From: an uncultured Acidiferrobacterales bacterium
GTDB taxonomy: Bacteria; Pseudomonadota; Gammaproteobacteria; Acidiferrobacterales; UBA6901
Assembly (NCBI GenBank): GCA_964368085.1
Contig: CAYJBG010000004.1
Coordinates: 1-48,349, forward strand
Direction: 5' to 3'
Length of the DNA stretch: 48,349 nt
The notes under the pieces were generated by a model that was not told where the DNA came from, made no database searches, and saw only the letters and a program-made list of their open reading frames with translations. Positions 1 to 9,747 of the stretch are shown in pieces; position 1 is the stretch's first letter, and every line of letters starts with the position of its first letter. Both the position numbers and the translations under genes were made by a program.

Positions 1-186
1 ATGCTGGCCATTTACCGGGTCGCCGTACAAGGCTGGAGCATGCAAGATGCCGCCCAGGAAATGACCGAGGGCGGCTACGGTTTTCATGAGGTGTGGGTGA
101 ACCTGATCCCGTGGCTGAACTCGCTGGATATTGAGTCGATCCGGCAAGAGGCGGGGATTCCAAAACCGCAACCACTTGAGCGCTAA
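1..186 (+). CDS. C-terminal part of a probable protein-tyrosine/dual-specificity phosphatase family protein (5'-truncated by window edge)
   Basis: Sequence A-I-Y-R-x4-GWS-x2-DA-x2-EM-x3-GYGFH resembles the tail of bacterial Siw14-like phosphatases; the catalytic CX5R motif lies outside the window. Confidence 0.55.
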   Translation: MLAIYRVAVQGWSMQDAAQEMTEGGYGFHEVWVNLIPWLNSLDIESIRQEAGIPKPQPLER

Positions 187-320
187 GAGCGCCTAATAAA
201 ATGAACTCGGCGTTCGACCCCCACCCTAACCCTCTCCCTTTGTATAGCCCGTACACGTTGAGGGAATGGGAGGGGGTGCGGCGTGAAGGGTTGGGTGTTT
301 GCTCATTTTGTTAGGCGCTC
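187..320. mobile_element. MITE-like element with 18-bp terminal inverted repeats and an internal CCCTCTCCC-family palindrome
   Basis: GAGCGCCTAATAAAATGA (187-204) versus TCATTTTGTTAGGCGCTC (303-320), 17/18 inverted match; flanked by TAA and CAA. Confidence 0.7.
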
Positions 321-323
321 CAA

Positions 324-454
324 GGAAACTCTGAACGAGTCCCGACACCTGTCATTGCGAGCGTAGCGAAGCAATCTTTCATACGTACGATCAGGTAGCT
401 AAAGATTGCTTCGTCGCCTTCGGCTCCTCGCAATGACATTTAATCAGAGCTTCC
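324..454. mobile_element. MITE-like element, copy 1 (IS5-like ends enclosing a GTCATTGCGAG...CTCGCAATGAC palindrome)
   Basis: Ends GGAAACTCTGA / TCAGAGCTTCC; flanks CCAA and CTAA; homologous copy at 17422-17542. Confidence 0.7.
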
Positions 455-472
455 CTAAGCGCAGCCTTCGAC

Positions 473-1369
473 TCAACCTCGGGGATGATGCTGCGCGTGC
501 AACTGCTTCAGCCGTTCGCGCGCCACCTGTGTGTAAATCTGGGTGGTCGAGAGGTCGACGTGGCCGAGCAGCATCTGCACCACGCGCAGGTCGGCGCCGT
601 GATTCAGAAGGTGCGTGGCGAATGCATGCCGTAAGGTGTGCGGTGACAAATGTGTTTCGATACCGGCGAGGCGTGTGTAGCGCTTGAGGTTGTGCCAGAA
701 CGCCTGGCGGGTCATGGCCGTGCCGCGCGCGGTGACGAAGAGCGCATCCGAGGTCTGGCCGCGCAACAGCTCGCCGCGCGATTCGGCGATATAGCGTTGC
801 AGCCATTCGATCGCTTCCTCGCCGAGCGGCACGAGGCGCTCCTTATCACCCTTGCCGACCGCCTTTACCACGCCGACCTGAAGGTTGGCCTGTTGCACGG
901 CAAGCCCGACCAATTCCGAAACGCGCAGGCCGGTGGCGTACAAGGTTTCGAGCATGGCGCGGTCGCGCAGGCCGAGCGCGGTCTTCGCATTCGGCGCCTG
1001 CAGCAGCCTCTCCACCTGTTCTTCGGTAAGCGACTTGGGCAGCGGCCGGCCGAGCTTGGGCGATTCGATCAGCGCCGTGGGGTCTTCGGTAATCAACTGT
1101 TCGCGCAACAGATACTGATAGAAGCGCCGCAGGCTGGAAAGCAGCCGCGCGGTGGTGCGCGGCCGCGAACCCCGGCCGACACAGGTCGCGAGGTAATTCT
1201 GCAATTGCGCGCGCGTCGCCGTGCCTGGCACGGCGTGCTGCGTGCGCAACCAGCTTTCAAAACCTTCGAGATCGCTGCGGTAGGCGCTTAAGGTATTGCG
1301 GCTCAGGCCCGCCTCCAGCCAGAGCGCGTCGAGGAAGCGCTCGAGCTGCGCGTCAGCCTGCGGCTTCAT
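473..1369 (-). CDS. xerD: Site-specific tyrosine recombinase XerD
   Basis: LYATGLRVSEL, SPHTLRHAFATHLLNHGADLRVVQMLLGH, STTQIYT, HHPRG C-terminus; start taken at MKPQADAQ. Confidence 0.95.
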   Translation of the reverse strand: MKPQADAQLERFLDALWLEAGLSRNTLSAYRSDLEGFESWLRTQHAVPGTATRAQLQNYLATCVGRGSRPRTTARLLSSLRRFYQYLLREQLITEDPTALIESPKLGRPLPKSLTEEQVERLLQAPNAKTALGLRDRAMLETLYATGLRVSELVGLAVQQANLQVGVVKAVGKGDKERLVPLGEEAIEWLQRYIAESRGELLRGQTSDALFVTARGTAMTRQAFWHNLKRYTRLAGIETHLSPHTLRHAFATHLLNHGADLRVVQMLLGHVDLSTTQIYTQVARERLKQLHAQHHPRG

Positions 1370-1829
1370 GCTTGAGCAGCCAGCGTTTGATGTCCATGGC
1401 CCGGCCGCGGGTCGCGCCCATGAAGCCGCCGAGACCGTTGGCCGCCACCACCCGGTGGCAGGGCACGACGATCGGAATGGGATTGGCGCGGCAGGCGCCG
1501 CCCACGGCGCGCGGCGCGCTTTTGAGGCGCTTTGCCAGCTCACCGTAGTTGCGTGCCGTGCCGGACGGAATCTGTCTCAACGCGCGCCATACCCGCTGCT
1601 GGAAGTCGCTGCCGGCGGCGGCGAGCGGCAGATCGAAGTGTGTGCGCGAATCGGCGAAGTACGCCTTGAGCTGGGTATACGCCTTGCGCGCCACCGGGGT
1701 GCGGGCCTTCTTGAGCGGTATGCGCGCGGAAACGAAATCGATATTGGTGAGCGCCGCCGCGGCGTTGATGCCGAGGCGGCCGAGCGGTGTCGCGATTACC
1801 GCGTCGTAGTCTTTTTTTCGATCAGCCAT
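1353..1829 (-). CDS. ogt: Methylated-DNA--protein-cysteine methyltransferase
   Basis: FQQRVW, RAVGGAC, NPIPIVVPCHRVV active-site motif; start taken at MADRKK. Confidence 0.92.
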   Translation of the reverse strand: MADRKKDYDAVIATPLGRLGINAAAALTNIDFVSARIPLKKARTPVARKAYTQLKAYFADSRTHFDLPLAAAGSDFQQRVWRALRQIPSGTARNYGELAKRLKSAPRAVGGACRANPIPIVVPCHRVVAANGLGGFMGATRGRAMDIKRWLLKHEAAG

Positions 1830-3640
1830 AGTTGCTGGATGTTGCGTTCGAGCACGGCACGTTGTTTGGCGTCCCCGGTGTGTTTGAGCAATGCGCGGTA
1901 GACGAGACGCGCATCCTGGGTGAGCCCGGCCTTGCCCAACTGTTCGGCGGCATGGTAGCGCGCCGTCTGTCCCCACATGTCGCCGCCGGTGGGATGCCGG
2001 TAAGCGGCGGAACGCAGATACAATTCCGCCGCCTGCTGATGCTCGCCGAGCGCGCCCCTGGAATCGGCGATCCAGTAGAGAATCTCACGCTGCAGGCGCA
2101 CATTCTCCACCAAGCGTTCATTATTCACCAGGCGGAACACCGACTCCAGCAGCGCGATCGCCTGCGCGTGGCGCTCGGCGGCCTGCAGGTCGAACAACAC
2201 CTGTATGTAGCGTTCGGCAAAGGCGACGGTGATTGCAGGCTTGTCGGCGAGTATGCCGTTCAGGTGCTGCTCCGCGTCCGGGTAGTTCCCGGCGTAGATC
2301 AGCACGCGCGCGCGACGCAGCGCCCAGCCGTCCGGATCCTCGCCGGCGGGCGGACGCGTGAGGCCCTGCATGACGCGCGCGGCAAAGGCGATGTCGTAAT
2401 CGGCGAGCGCCTGATCGGCGAGCCGGTAGCGCGCGACCTCCGGCACCGCCTGAAGGTCTGGATAACGGCGGCTCCCGGTGTACAGGGCGCGCAAGACCTC
2501 GGCGCGTCCGTCTTCGATGAGCGAATTGACGAAACGCTGCGCGACTTTTGCTCTCGTTTCGTCGAGACTCGCGTGCGTCAGGAGAAACGCATAAAACGCG
2601 CGCGCCGGCATGGCGTCGTCGCGCTTGTACGCCTCGGCCTTTTTCAACCAGGCGGCGTCGTCGCCGACCAGCAGGCGCGCATCGTTGCCCAGCGCCTCGG
2701 CATACTGCTCGTAGGTCCGCCACAGGTCATCGGCGTTTGCGACCAGCAGCGCATCGGGCGCGGCATGTTCGCGTGCGCCGGTCAGCGCGCGTTCCAGAGC
2801 GTACATCCTGCGCAGAACGTCGTTAGCGCGCGCCGCGGCTTCGGCCGCCAGCAGCCAGACCTGGTAATTGAGCGCCGGCTTGTTGCGTGTCTCCTCCGCG
2901 AGCTTGGACGCGCGCGTGCGCACGGTGGCGGAGGCAAGCTGTCCGCCACGCAACCCGGCCAGCAGCGCCAACAGTTGGCCATCGTGGGTCTTGATGTCGC
3001 CGACGAGTGCGTACGCTTCCTTGGGCCTGCCGGCACGAACCAGGATGGTGGCTTCGAGCTGGCGCCACGCCGGACCGTTGACCTGAAAATCCTCGCGATA
3101 TTGTTGCAGCGCGGTATGCGCGTCGCCGACGTTGTTCTCGATCAGATAACTGCGGATGACGAGCTGGCGCCACTCGGCGCGCTCGTCGCGGCTGCCCTGC
3201 TCCCGCCACAGCAGGTCACGCAGCACCTGGCGCGCACCTTCTGCGTCGCCGGCGCTGAGACGCGCTCGCGCCGCCTCGGTCTTGGCCCAATGCACGAACT
3301 CAGGCGACAGACCGGCGGGCAGGCTCGTGGCGCGCCCGGCGAGCCGTGCCCAGTCGCGCTGCGCGCGGTACAGGGCGTAGCGTTCCTTCTCCCATTGCAT
3401 CCAGGCCTCGGTCTGGATGGCGGCGGTTTGCTGCAGGTCAATGAGGCGCAAGGCAAGCTGCGTGGCGCCGCCCCGGGTCAGCGCGCGGACGCGTTCGAGT
3501 GCATCGTCGTCAGCGGCGCGGGAAACAAGCGGGGCGTGAAACAGAAACAACAATATGGAGAACAACAAAAAGCGGACGCCGCCCGCGAGGACGGCATCCG
3601 CTTTGTTCAGGCACACCCGGCCGGGCATCGTCACAGCCAC
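1796..3640 (-). CDS. Exported TPR-like helical protein of unknown function
   Basis: Hydrophobic N-terminal signal and Ala/Leu-rich helical repeats; co-oriented between rplS and ogt; start uncertain. Confidence 0.7.
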   Translation of the reverse strand: MAVTMPGRVCLNKADAVLAGGVRFLLFSILLFLFHAPLVSRAADDDALERVRALTRGGATQLALRLIDLQQTAAIQTEAWMQWEKERYALYRAQRDWARLAGRATSLPAGLSPEFVHWAKTEAARARLSAGDAEGARQVLRDLLWREQGSRDERAEWRQLVIRSYLIENNVGDAHTALQQYREDFQVNGPAWRQLEATILVRAGRPKEAYALVGDIKTHDGQLLALLAGLRGGQLASATVRTRASKLAEETRNKPALNYQVWLLAAEAAARANDVLRRMYALERALTGAREHAAPDALLVANADDLWRTYEQYAEALGNDARLLVGDDAAWLKKAEAYKRDDAMPARAFYAFLLTHASLDETRAKVAQRFVNSLIEDGRAEVLRALYTGSRRYPDLQAVPEVARYRLADQALADYDIAFAARVMQGLTRPPAGEDPDGWALRRARVLIYAGNYPDAEQHLNGILADKPAITVAFAERYIQVLFDLQAAERHAQAIALLESVFRLVNNERLVENVRLQREILYWIADSRGALGEHQQAAELYLRSAAYRHPTGGDMWGQTARYHAAEQLGKAGLTQDARLVYRALLKHTGDAKQRAVLERNIQQLWLIEKKTTTR

Positions 3641-3650
3641 CGGGAGAGGC

Positions 3651-3995
3651 TTACACCTTTTCGGTGATGCGCGCGGCCTTGCCGGTGAGGTTGCGCAGGT
3701 AGTAGAGCTTGGCGCGGCGCACGTCGCCCTTGCGCTTCACTTCGATCTTGGCGACCGTCGGGCTGTACAGCGGGAACACCCGTTCCACGCCTTCGCCGTA
3801 GGAAATCTTGCGCACCGTGAAAGAAGAGTTGGAGCCGGCGTTGCGCCGCCCGATCACCACGCCTTCGAACGCCTGCAGGCGCTCGCGCTCGCCTTCCACC
3901 ACCTTCACGTGCACAACGACGGTGTCACCCGGGTTGAAAACCGGGATCTTCTTGTCCATCTGTGCCGCTTCCAGTTCCTGAATCATCTTGCTCAT
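3651..3995 (-). CDS. rplS: 50S ribosomal protein L19
   Basis: [38 protein letters not shown]. Confidence 0.97.
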   Translation of the reverse strand: MSKMIQELEAAQMDKKIPVFNPGDTVVVHVKVVEGERERLQAFEGVVIGRRNAGSNSSFTVRKISYGEGVERVFPLYSPTVAKIEVKRKGDVRRAKLYYLRNLTGKAARITEKV

Positions 3996-4014
3996 GGCAT
4001 CACTCCAGTAGAAA

Positions 4015-4755
4015 TCACAAATTCGTTTTGTCTTGCCGGTACTCATCGAGCAGCGCCTGCTGCTCGGCGTCCAGATCCAGCTTCGCGAGCAGATCCGGGC
4101 GCCGTTCCCAGGTCCTGCCCAGCGCCTGCTTCAGGCGCCAGCGCCGGATCTCGGCATGGTTGCCGGACAACAACACTTCCGGCACCCGCCGGCCTTCATA
4201 CTCTTCCGGCCGCGTGTAGTGCGGGCAATCCAGCAGGCCGGCCGCGAACGAATCCTGGCTGGCCGAATCCTCGTGCCCGAGGGCGCCGGGGATCTGGCGC
4301 GCAATCGCGTCGATAACCACCATCGCCGCAAGCTCGCCGCCCGACAAGACGTAGTCGCCGATCGACCACTCCTCGTCCACTTCGCTTTCGATCAGGCGCT
4401 CATCCACGCCTTCGTAGCGCCCGGCGAGCAGGATCAACCCTTCCCGCCCCGCCAGCTCCAGCACACCGGCATGGTCGAGCCGCCGGCCCTGCGGCGAAAG
4501 ATAAATCACCTGCGCCTGCGGGTTGTTGGCCCTTGCCGCCGTCAGGGCCAGCTTGAGCGGCCCCGGTATCATCACCATCCCCGGCCCGCCGCCGTAAGGC
4601 CGTTCGTCCACGCGCCGGTACGGGTCGGTCGTGTAGTCGCGCGGGTTCCACACGCGCAACGCCAGCAATCCGTTCTCGATCGCCCGCCCGGTAATACCCA
4701 TCCCGGTCAGGGCGTCGAACATCGGCGGGAAGAGACTGACTACATCGATCTTCAT
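4015..4755 (-). CDS. trmD: tRNA (guanine37-N1)-methyltransferase
   Basis: [34 protein letters not shown]. Confidence 0.97.
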   Translation of the reverse strand: MKIDVVSLFPPMFDALTGMGITGRAIENGLLALRVWNPRDYTTDPYRRVDERPYGGGPGMVMIPGPLKLALTAARANNPQAQVIYLSPQGRRLDHAGVLELAGREGLILLAGRYEGVDERLIESEVDEEWSIGDYVLSGGELAAMVVIDAIARQIPGALGHEDSASQDSFAAGLLDCPHYTRPEEYEGRRVPEVLLSGNHAEIRRWRLKQALGRTWERRPDLLAKLDLDAEQQALLDEYRQDKTNL

Positions 4756-4805
4756 CGCCGACCCCAGCTTGCTGAAAACCTGTTTTTCAGCAAGCGAAGC
4801 ATTAA

Positions 4806-5339
4806 TTAAAATTCCGCGTCCCAGTCCACGCGCATGACACGCGCCTTGAGATCCACACTCTTCACCGCGTCCTGGGTGTAGGGAATCAGCCGTTCGCGCT
4901 CGCCTTTGACGACCACGACGTCATTCGCGCCGGTCTCGAACAGGTGGCTCACGGTCCCGAGTTCCTTTCCCTCCAGGTTCACGACCTGCATGCCCTCGAG
5001 GTCGGACCAGTAATACGTTCCGGGTGCGGCCGGCGGCAAGTCTTGCTTGCGCACCGCGATCTCGGTCCCGATCAACGCATGCGCCGCATCGCAATCTTCA
5101 ATACCTTCCAGCCGGGCGATAATGCCTTTGGCCTGCGCCCGCCCTTCGATCAATCGTACCGCCTGCCAGCCGTCCGGGCGCTTCAGATACCAGCGGTCGA
5201 ACCCCAGAATGTCGGTGCGCTCGCGCGTTTCCGCGTACACCTTCACCCAGCCGCGCAACCCGTAGACCCCGGATAAGCGGCCGAGAATAATATAGTCGTC
5301 CGTCGCGTTCTGCCCCGCGGCCGGAATGGCCGACCTCAA
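4806..5339 (-). CDS. rimM: 16S rRNA processing protein RimM
   Basis: G[10 protein letters not shown], [22 protein letters not shown]; operon position; start uncertain. Confidence 0.95.
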   Translation of the reverse strand: MRSAIPAAGQNATDDYIILGRLSGVYGLRGWVKVYAETRERTDILGFDRWYLKRPDGWQAVRLIEGRAQAKGIIARLEGIEDCDAAHALIGTEIAVRKQDLPPAAPGTYYWSDLEGMQVVNLEGKELGTVSHLFETGANDVVVVKGERERLIPYTQDAVKSVDLKARVMRVDWDAEF

Positions 5340-5349
5340 GGCCCGGCCC

Positions 5350-5595
5350 TCAGGCAGCCGCTTTTTCCTTCACCAGCACCAGGATGCGATCCGAGGCCTT
5401 GGCGCCCTTGCTCAGCCAGTAGCCGTAGCGCTCCATGTCCAGGCGCAGCGTCTCTTCCTTGTCGTTGGCGAGGGGGTTGTAAAAGCCAATGCGCTCGATG
5501 CATTTGCCGGTGTTGGCGCGGCGGCGATCGGTGACGATGACGTCGTAGAAAGGGCGTTTCTTGGCGCCGCCACGGGCGAGACGAATGGTAACCAT
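5350..5595 (-). CDS. rpsP: 30S ribosomal protein S16
   Basis: [26 protein letters not shown]. Confidence 0.97.
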   Translation of the reverse strand: MVTIRLARGGAKKRPFYDVIVTDRRRANTGKCIERIGFYNPLANDKEETLRLDMERYGYWLSKGAKASDRILVLVKEKAAA

Positions 5596-5713
5596 TGAAG
5601 TTCCTCTTGGGTGTAATCCGGCGCCAAGGAATCAAGCGGCCGGCGGAAAGCGCGGTATTCTAGCCTTAATCCGGCGGGAAAGGAATGGTCTGTCCTGGCT
5701 TTCGCGGCGTCTT

Positions 5714-5759
5714 GTTGGTCGGGCCTTAGCCCGACATGTCGGCCTGAAGGCCGGCCTAC
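5714..5759. repeat. REP doublet (GTAG family), same layout as 17575-17619
   Basis: GTTG-GTCGGGCCTTAGCCCGAC-AT-GTCGGCCTGAAGGCCGGC-CTAC. Confidence 0.75.
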
Positions 5760-5780
5760 AATGCCCGCGGCCAAGCGGCT

Positions 5781-5810
5781 GTAGCAGGTTGTTGTTCAAC
5801 ATCCTGCTAC
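5781..5810. repeat. GTAG...CTAC-bounded hairpin (REP-like)
   Basis: GTAGCAGGTTGTTG-TT-CAACATCCTGCTAC. Confidence 0.5.
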
Positions 5811-6147
5811 ATGCCGTGACTTGAATATGGATCGGCGGGGATGGCGATACGACTATTGTGTAGCCGTCGAAACCAGGGCGGGGCTCACTGATCGCAGGCT
5901 TCTCGCCACCACCCCACTTTCCCTGACTCGGCGAGGGAAATTCGCTTCGGGGAAAATCCTCCTCCAATTTTCCTGATGAACTGCACTACTTCCCATTGAT
6001 GCGTTCGTCGTTTCATTCTTCGCTCACCATCGACCCTTCGGCGCACATTACCGCGCTCACCACCGCATACGGCCAGTCGCGAAAAACCGGCGCGCGCCGC
6101 GCTAACGTTGTGCCGCGGCCCTGTGCGATGTGCTCGATTGATCTCGC

Positions 6148-7920
6148 TCAACTGCCCAAGTCCACCGCTTCGCCTATCGCGTTGAGACCATCGCCCCGGT
6201 TATCGGTGTCGCCGAGGCCGAGTTGACCCGAGTTGTTGAATCCCCAGCACTTGACCGCGCCGTCACGTAGTTGGCCGCAGGTGTGGGTTCCGTTCATGGA
6301 TACAGATACATCGAGTGCCGGGGCGTTGCCGAAGAAATCCTGTCCCAAGTCCACCGGTAGCAGGTTGTCGCCCATCTCGGTTTCGCCCGTCGCGTTGAGA
6401 CCATCGCCGCGATTGATCATGTCGCCGAGACCGAGTTGACCGAAATTGTTACCACCCCAGCACTTGAGCAGAGCGGGGCCAGCGACAAGCGGCTCCGCGA
6501 GGCGGGCGCATGTTTGTCTTCCTCCGGCCGCGAGCTGCAACACCGTGAGGCTTCCGAAAAAGCCTGCCGATCCCAAGTCCACCGGTAGCAGGTTGTCGCC
6601 CATCTCGGCTTCGCCCATCGCGTTGAGACCATCGCCGCGATTGATCATGTCGCCGAGACCGAGTTGACCAGCACTATTCAATCCCCAGCACTTGACTCGG
6701 CCGTTGTCGAGGCGGGCGCAGGTATGAGCGCTACCGGCTACAATCTCCACCGCCGTCCGGCTGGAACCTAAATCCACCGGCGGCAGAGTGTCGCCCATCT
6801 CGTCGGGACCATCGCCCCGATTGATCATGTCGCCGAGACCAAGCTGACCAGATTCGTTGAGTCCCCAGCACTTGACCGCGCCGTTGTCGAGGCGGGCGCA
6901 GTTGTGCAGGAGACCCGCGACAAGTTCGACTGCCGTGCGGCCGTTGCCCATATCCACCGGCGGCAGGTTGTCCCCCATCTCGTTGTCGTTGGCGCTATCG
7001 CCTCGCAGGGCGCCGGCGATGCCGAGGCCGAGTTGGCCGAAATTGTTCCATCCCCAGCACTTGACCACACCGTTGTCGAGCCGGGCGCAGGTGTGAACAT
7101 TGCCGGCCACAAGCTGTAACGCCGTGCGGCCGTTGCCTAAGTCCACCGGCGGCAGGTTGTTGCCCATCTCGCTTTGGCCCGTGGCGTTGAGACCATCACC
7201 CCGGGCATCGGTGTCGCCGAGGCCGAGTTGGGCGAAGTTGTTCCATCCCCAGCACTTGACCGCACCGTTGTCGAGCCGGGCACAGGTGTGGAAACTGCCC
7301 GCGACAAGCTGTAACGCCGTGCGGCCGTTGCCTAAATCCACCGGCGGCAGGTTGTTGCCCATCTCGGTTTCGCCCATCGCGTTGAGACCATCGCCCCGAT
7401 TGATCATGTCGCCGAGGCCGAGTTGACCTGAATTGTTGCGTCCCCAGCACTTGACCCGACCGTCATCGAGCCGGGCGCAGGTGTGGACCTCGCCCGCGGC
7501 GATTTTCTTGCCGGTGTTGAAGCGCCAGACGTAATCGGCGGCCAGCGAGTTACCGGCCGTGTCCTGGATCGCGGTGGTGAGGCGCGCGGTGTAGTCGGTA
7601 TTAAAAGCGAGCGCCGCCGAGGGCGTAAAATGCACGGCGTTGTCGACCAGCGCGACGGCACCGTTTACCGGACCGCCCGGTCCAGTAAGCGTGAAGCTCC
7701 CGTCGTTGACGGTGGTCGCATTCAGCGCCTGCGAGAAGACCGCCACGATCGATTGCGTAAGAGCGGCGCCGTTTGCGGTATTGACCGGATTGGTGGCGGT
7801 CACGCTGGGGCCGGGGCCGCCCCCACCCCCGCTACCACCACCGCCACCCCCTCCGCCGCAGCCCCCTACACCCAGCATGGCTACCAGCAAACTCGAATAC
7901 AAAAATAAACGATGTTTCAT
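6148..7920 (-). CDS. Surface lipoprotein: Ig-like (Big_5-type) domain plus 7 RCC1-like repeats
   Basis: Signal peptide ending VGGC followed by poly-Gly; PSVTATNP...Y-x-W-x-F-x-T Ig-like domain; seven HTCA-x5-VKCWG-x-N-x2-GQLGLG-type repeats; start taken at MKHRLF. Confidence 0.85.
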   Translation of the reverse strand: MKHRLFLYSSLLVAMLGVGGCGGGGGGGGSGGGGGPGPSVTATNPVNTANGAALTQSIVAVFSQALNATTVNDGSFTLTGPGGPVNGAVALVDNAVHFTPSAALAFNTDYTARLTTAIQDTAGNSLAADYVWRFNTGKKIAAGEVHTCARLDDGRVKCWGRNNSGQLGLGDMINRGDGLNAMGETEMGNNLPPVDLGNGRTALQLVAGSFHTCARLDNGAVKCWGWNNFAQLGLGDTDARGDGLNATGQSEMGNNLPPVDLGNGRTALQLVAGNVHTCARLDNGVVKCWGWNNFGQLGLGIAGALRGDSANDNEMGDNLPPVDMGNGRTAVELVAGLLHNCARLDNGAVKCWGLNESGQLGLGDMINRGDGPDEMGDTLPPVDLGSSRTAVEIVAGSAHTCARLDNGRVKCWGLNSAGQLGLGDMINRGDGLNAMGEAEMGDNLLPVDLGSAGFFGSLTVLQLAAGGRQTCARLAEPLVAGPALLKCWGGNNFGQLGLGDMINRGDGLNATGETEMGDNLLPVDLGQDFFGNAPALDVSVSMNGTHTCGQLRDGAVKCWGFNNSGQLGLGDTDNRGDGLNAIGEAVDLGS

Positions 7921-8089
7921 GATCAAACCCTCATATCGATATTTAAAATAAAAATCCTCGCGCTTATTTGCCCTGTTCGGCTTCCCAGCCGGTTTCCGGA
8001 ATTTACCTAGTGGTCGCAAGCGACCGCCTGTTGATGTTTTTCAGCCCGTTCATTACCTCGGCAGACAGGCTTAAGCCCACCGAAGGTTT

Positions 8090-8782
8090 TTAGTGCCGCT
8101 CGATCTTGCGGGTCATGGTGACGGACCCAGGGTTCGTCCCCGCCGTCCCCGTGTCCGTGGTGCTCGCATCCATGCGGTAGGCCGAAACCTGAGTGGGGTT
8201 CAAATTCCCCACGTAGGCATACTTCAGTGTGTCGGCCGCCGCGCTCGCACCCTTGGTTAGGGTCGATGGAAACGCGCGCGCGCGATTACGCACGGTGCCG
8301 AGGCTCTTTAAAGCCCCGGTTGCGGCGTCGATACGGTAGACCGAGACGGTATTGGGATTTTTATCCTCTACGTACACGAATTTTCCGGAGCGCTCGACGC
8401 TGACGGACCGGGGATGCGGGGCAAACACCGGCACACCGACCGGAGTCAAGGCTCCGGTCCCGGGGTCGATGCGGTAGACCGAGATCTCGTTGGCGGCCTC
8501 ATTCGCGACATAGGCGAATTTGCCCGTGGGGTCGACGCTGACGGTGAGAGGGCCGCCCGCCTCGGTCTCGCTTTTGTCGTGCAACCGACTGGCGGCGGAG
8601 TCCACGGCGTACAGGGACAAGGTTCCCTCGTTGACGTAGGCGACATAGGCGACGCGATGGACATCGGCCGGTGTGCTCACCACACCGGCCGATGATCCGC
8701 CGCTCTGTCCGTCACAGGCGCTGAGCGCCAGCAACGTTAACCCTCCGATAAATGACTTGCCTGGCAGTCTCTTCAAGTTCAT
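8090..8782 (-). CDS. Lactonase-type beta-propeller lipoprotein, shortened paralogue of 13481-15133
   Basis: Lipobox LSAC; VDPTGKFAYVAN...ISVYRID...TGALT repeats; only about 4 repeat units. Confidence 0.75.
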   Translation of the reverse strand: MNLKRLPGKSFIGGLTLLALSACDGQSGGSSAGVVSTPADVHRVAYVAYVNEGTLSLYAVDSAASRLHDKSETEAGGPLTVSVDPTGKFAYVANEAANEISVYRIDPGTGALTPVGVPVFAPHPRSVSVERSGKFVYVEDKNPNTVSVYRIDAATGALKSLGTVRNRARAFPSTLTKGASAAADTLKYAYVGNLNPTQVSAYRMDASTTDTGTAGTNPGSVTMTRKIERH

Positions 8783-8841
8783 GGCTGAGCCTCATTCAGT
8801 GAGTGTGCAGCCTTACTGTGGCCCATCGTGCGCGCGGCTGC

Positions 8842-8857
8842 TGTGAGCCAGTTCACA
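8842..8857. promoter_or_regulatory. Canonical CRP box 1
   Basis: TGTGA-GCCAGT-TCACA, a perfect TGTGA-N6-TCACA, 60 bp upstream of the start at 8782. Confidence 0.8.
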
Positions 8858-8891
8858 GTTTTGCAAAATCCCCGCGTGCGACGGCGCATTC

Positions 8892-8907
8892 TGTGAACCA
8901 GTTCACG
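8892..8907. promoter_or_regulatory. CRP box 2
   Basis: TGTGA-ACCAGT-TCACG (9/10 match), 50 bp from box 1. Confidence 0.7.
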
Positions 8908-8952
8908 CATCCGGCCCGCCGGGCGCCGTGGGCGTCTTGCCGCCTCGACACC

Positions 8953-9627
8953 TCATGGCGTTAACGGATCCCTGGCGGGCGTCATCGCTTGCGACGGCGA
9001 CACCCCGTGCACCACGATGCTTTTGCCGTCCACCGCGATCAGCCCTTGCTGTTCCAGATCGAGCAGTACTTGCCCGGCCGTCTCGCGCGAACAGCTCACC
9101 AGCCGGCCGAGTTCCTCACGCGTGATGCGCACCAGCATGCCCTCGGGATGGGCGATGGCCTGCGAGTCGGCGGCGAGGTCAAGCAGGGCGCGCGCGATCC
9201 TTCCGGCCACGTCCAGGAACGCGAGGTTGCCGAGTTTTTGGCTGGCGGCACGCAGGCATCGCGCGATCTGCCCAACAATCGGCAGCAGCAGGCCGGGCGC
9301 CGCCTGAATCAAGTTACGAAATTTTTCGTAGCTGATCACCGCCACTTCACAATCGGTGCGTGCGCGCACCGAGGCGCTGCGTTTGATATTGGCGTCGAAC
9401 AAACCCAGTTCGCCGAAAAACTCCCCGGGCCCGAGATACGCGAGGATCAGTTCCGCGCCGTCCGGGTCCTGCACCCATACCGTCACCGACCCCGCGAGGA
9501 TGAAATACAGCACATCGGAATTTTCGCCCTCGCGCATGATCAAACGCTTGGGCGCAAAGCGCTTGCGCGTCGCGTGTTGCAGCAGCGCGGCGATCTCGGG
9601 GGTAACGGCAGGGCCGCTCGCGGTCAT
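8953..9627 (-). CDS. Crp/Vfr-family transcriptional regulator (paralogue 1)
   Basis: FFGELGLF...RSA cNMP pocket, LAFLDVAGRIA hinge, HTH TREELGRLVSCSRETAGQVL. Confidence 0.92.
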   Translation of the reverse strand: MTASGPAVTPEIAALLQHATRKRFAPKRLIMREGENSDVLYFILAGSVTVWVQDPDGAELILAYLGPGEFFGELGLFDANIKRSASVRARTDCEVAVISYEKFRNLIQAAPGLLLPIVGQIARCLRAASQKLGNLAFLDVAGRIARALLDLAADSQAIAHPEGMLVRITREELGRLVSCSRETAGQVLLDLEQQGLIAVDGKSIVVHGVSPSQAMTPARDPLTP

Positions 9628-9747
9628 GGTCTAACGCCCGGGCTATTTCGATAATTTAAAAACGTCGCCATCCACACTGTCTCTCGGTAAAAATGCTCCA
9701 TAATTCCCGCGCCGTATGAAATGCGGGCCGTTACGGAAAGGTTCCCT

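Noticed and set aside
473-1369. Tyrosine recombinase as the island integrase or an integron integrase
   Set aside because: The sequence is typical housekeeping XerD in a core context, with no IntI-specific insertion and no convincing attC array.
1832-3667. Long antisense or alternative-frame ORFs (e.g. 1832-3667, 13454-14680, 23607-24824, 33032-34324, 37111-38598, 44006-45277)
   Set aside because: Shadow ORFs of real genes in high-GC DNA, with no recognisable motifs.
4767-4795. Hairpin GCTTGCTGAAAA..TTTTCAGCAAGC between rimM and trmD as a terminator or IS end
   Set aside because: No U-tract on the coding strand and no partner element; too short to assign.
5812-6140. Possible small gene or ncRNA between the rpsP promoter region and the RCC1 gene
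   Set aside because: The ORFs lack an RBS or recognisable motifs and the hairpins are unremarkable; left unassigned.
7962-8007. Third CCGGA-type box upstream of the RCC1 gene (CCCAG-CCGGTT-TCCGG)
   Set aside because: Only one good half-site, and the spacing to a -10 does not match the other two copies.
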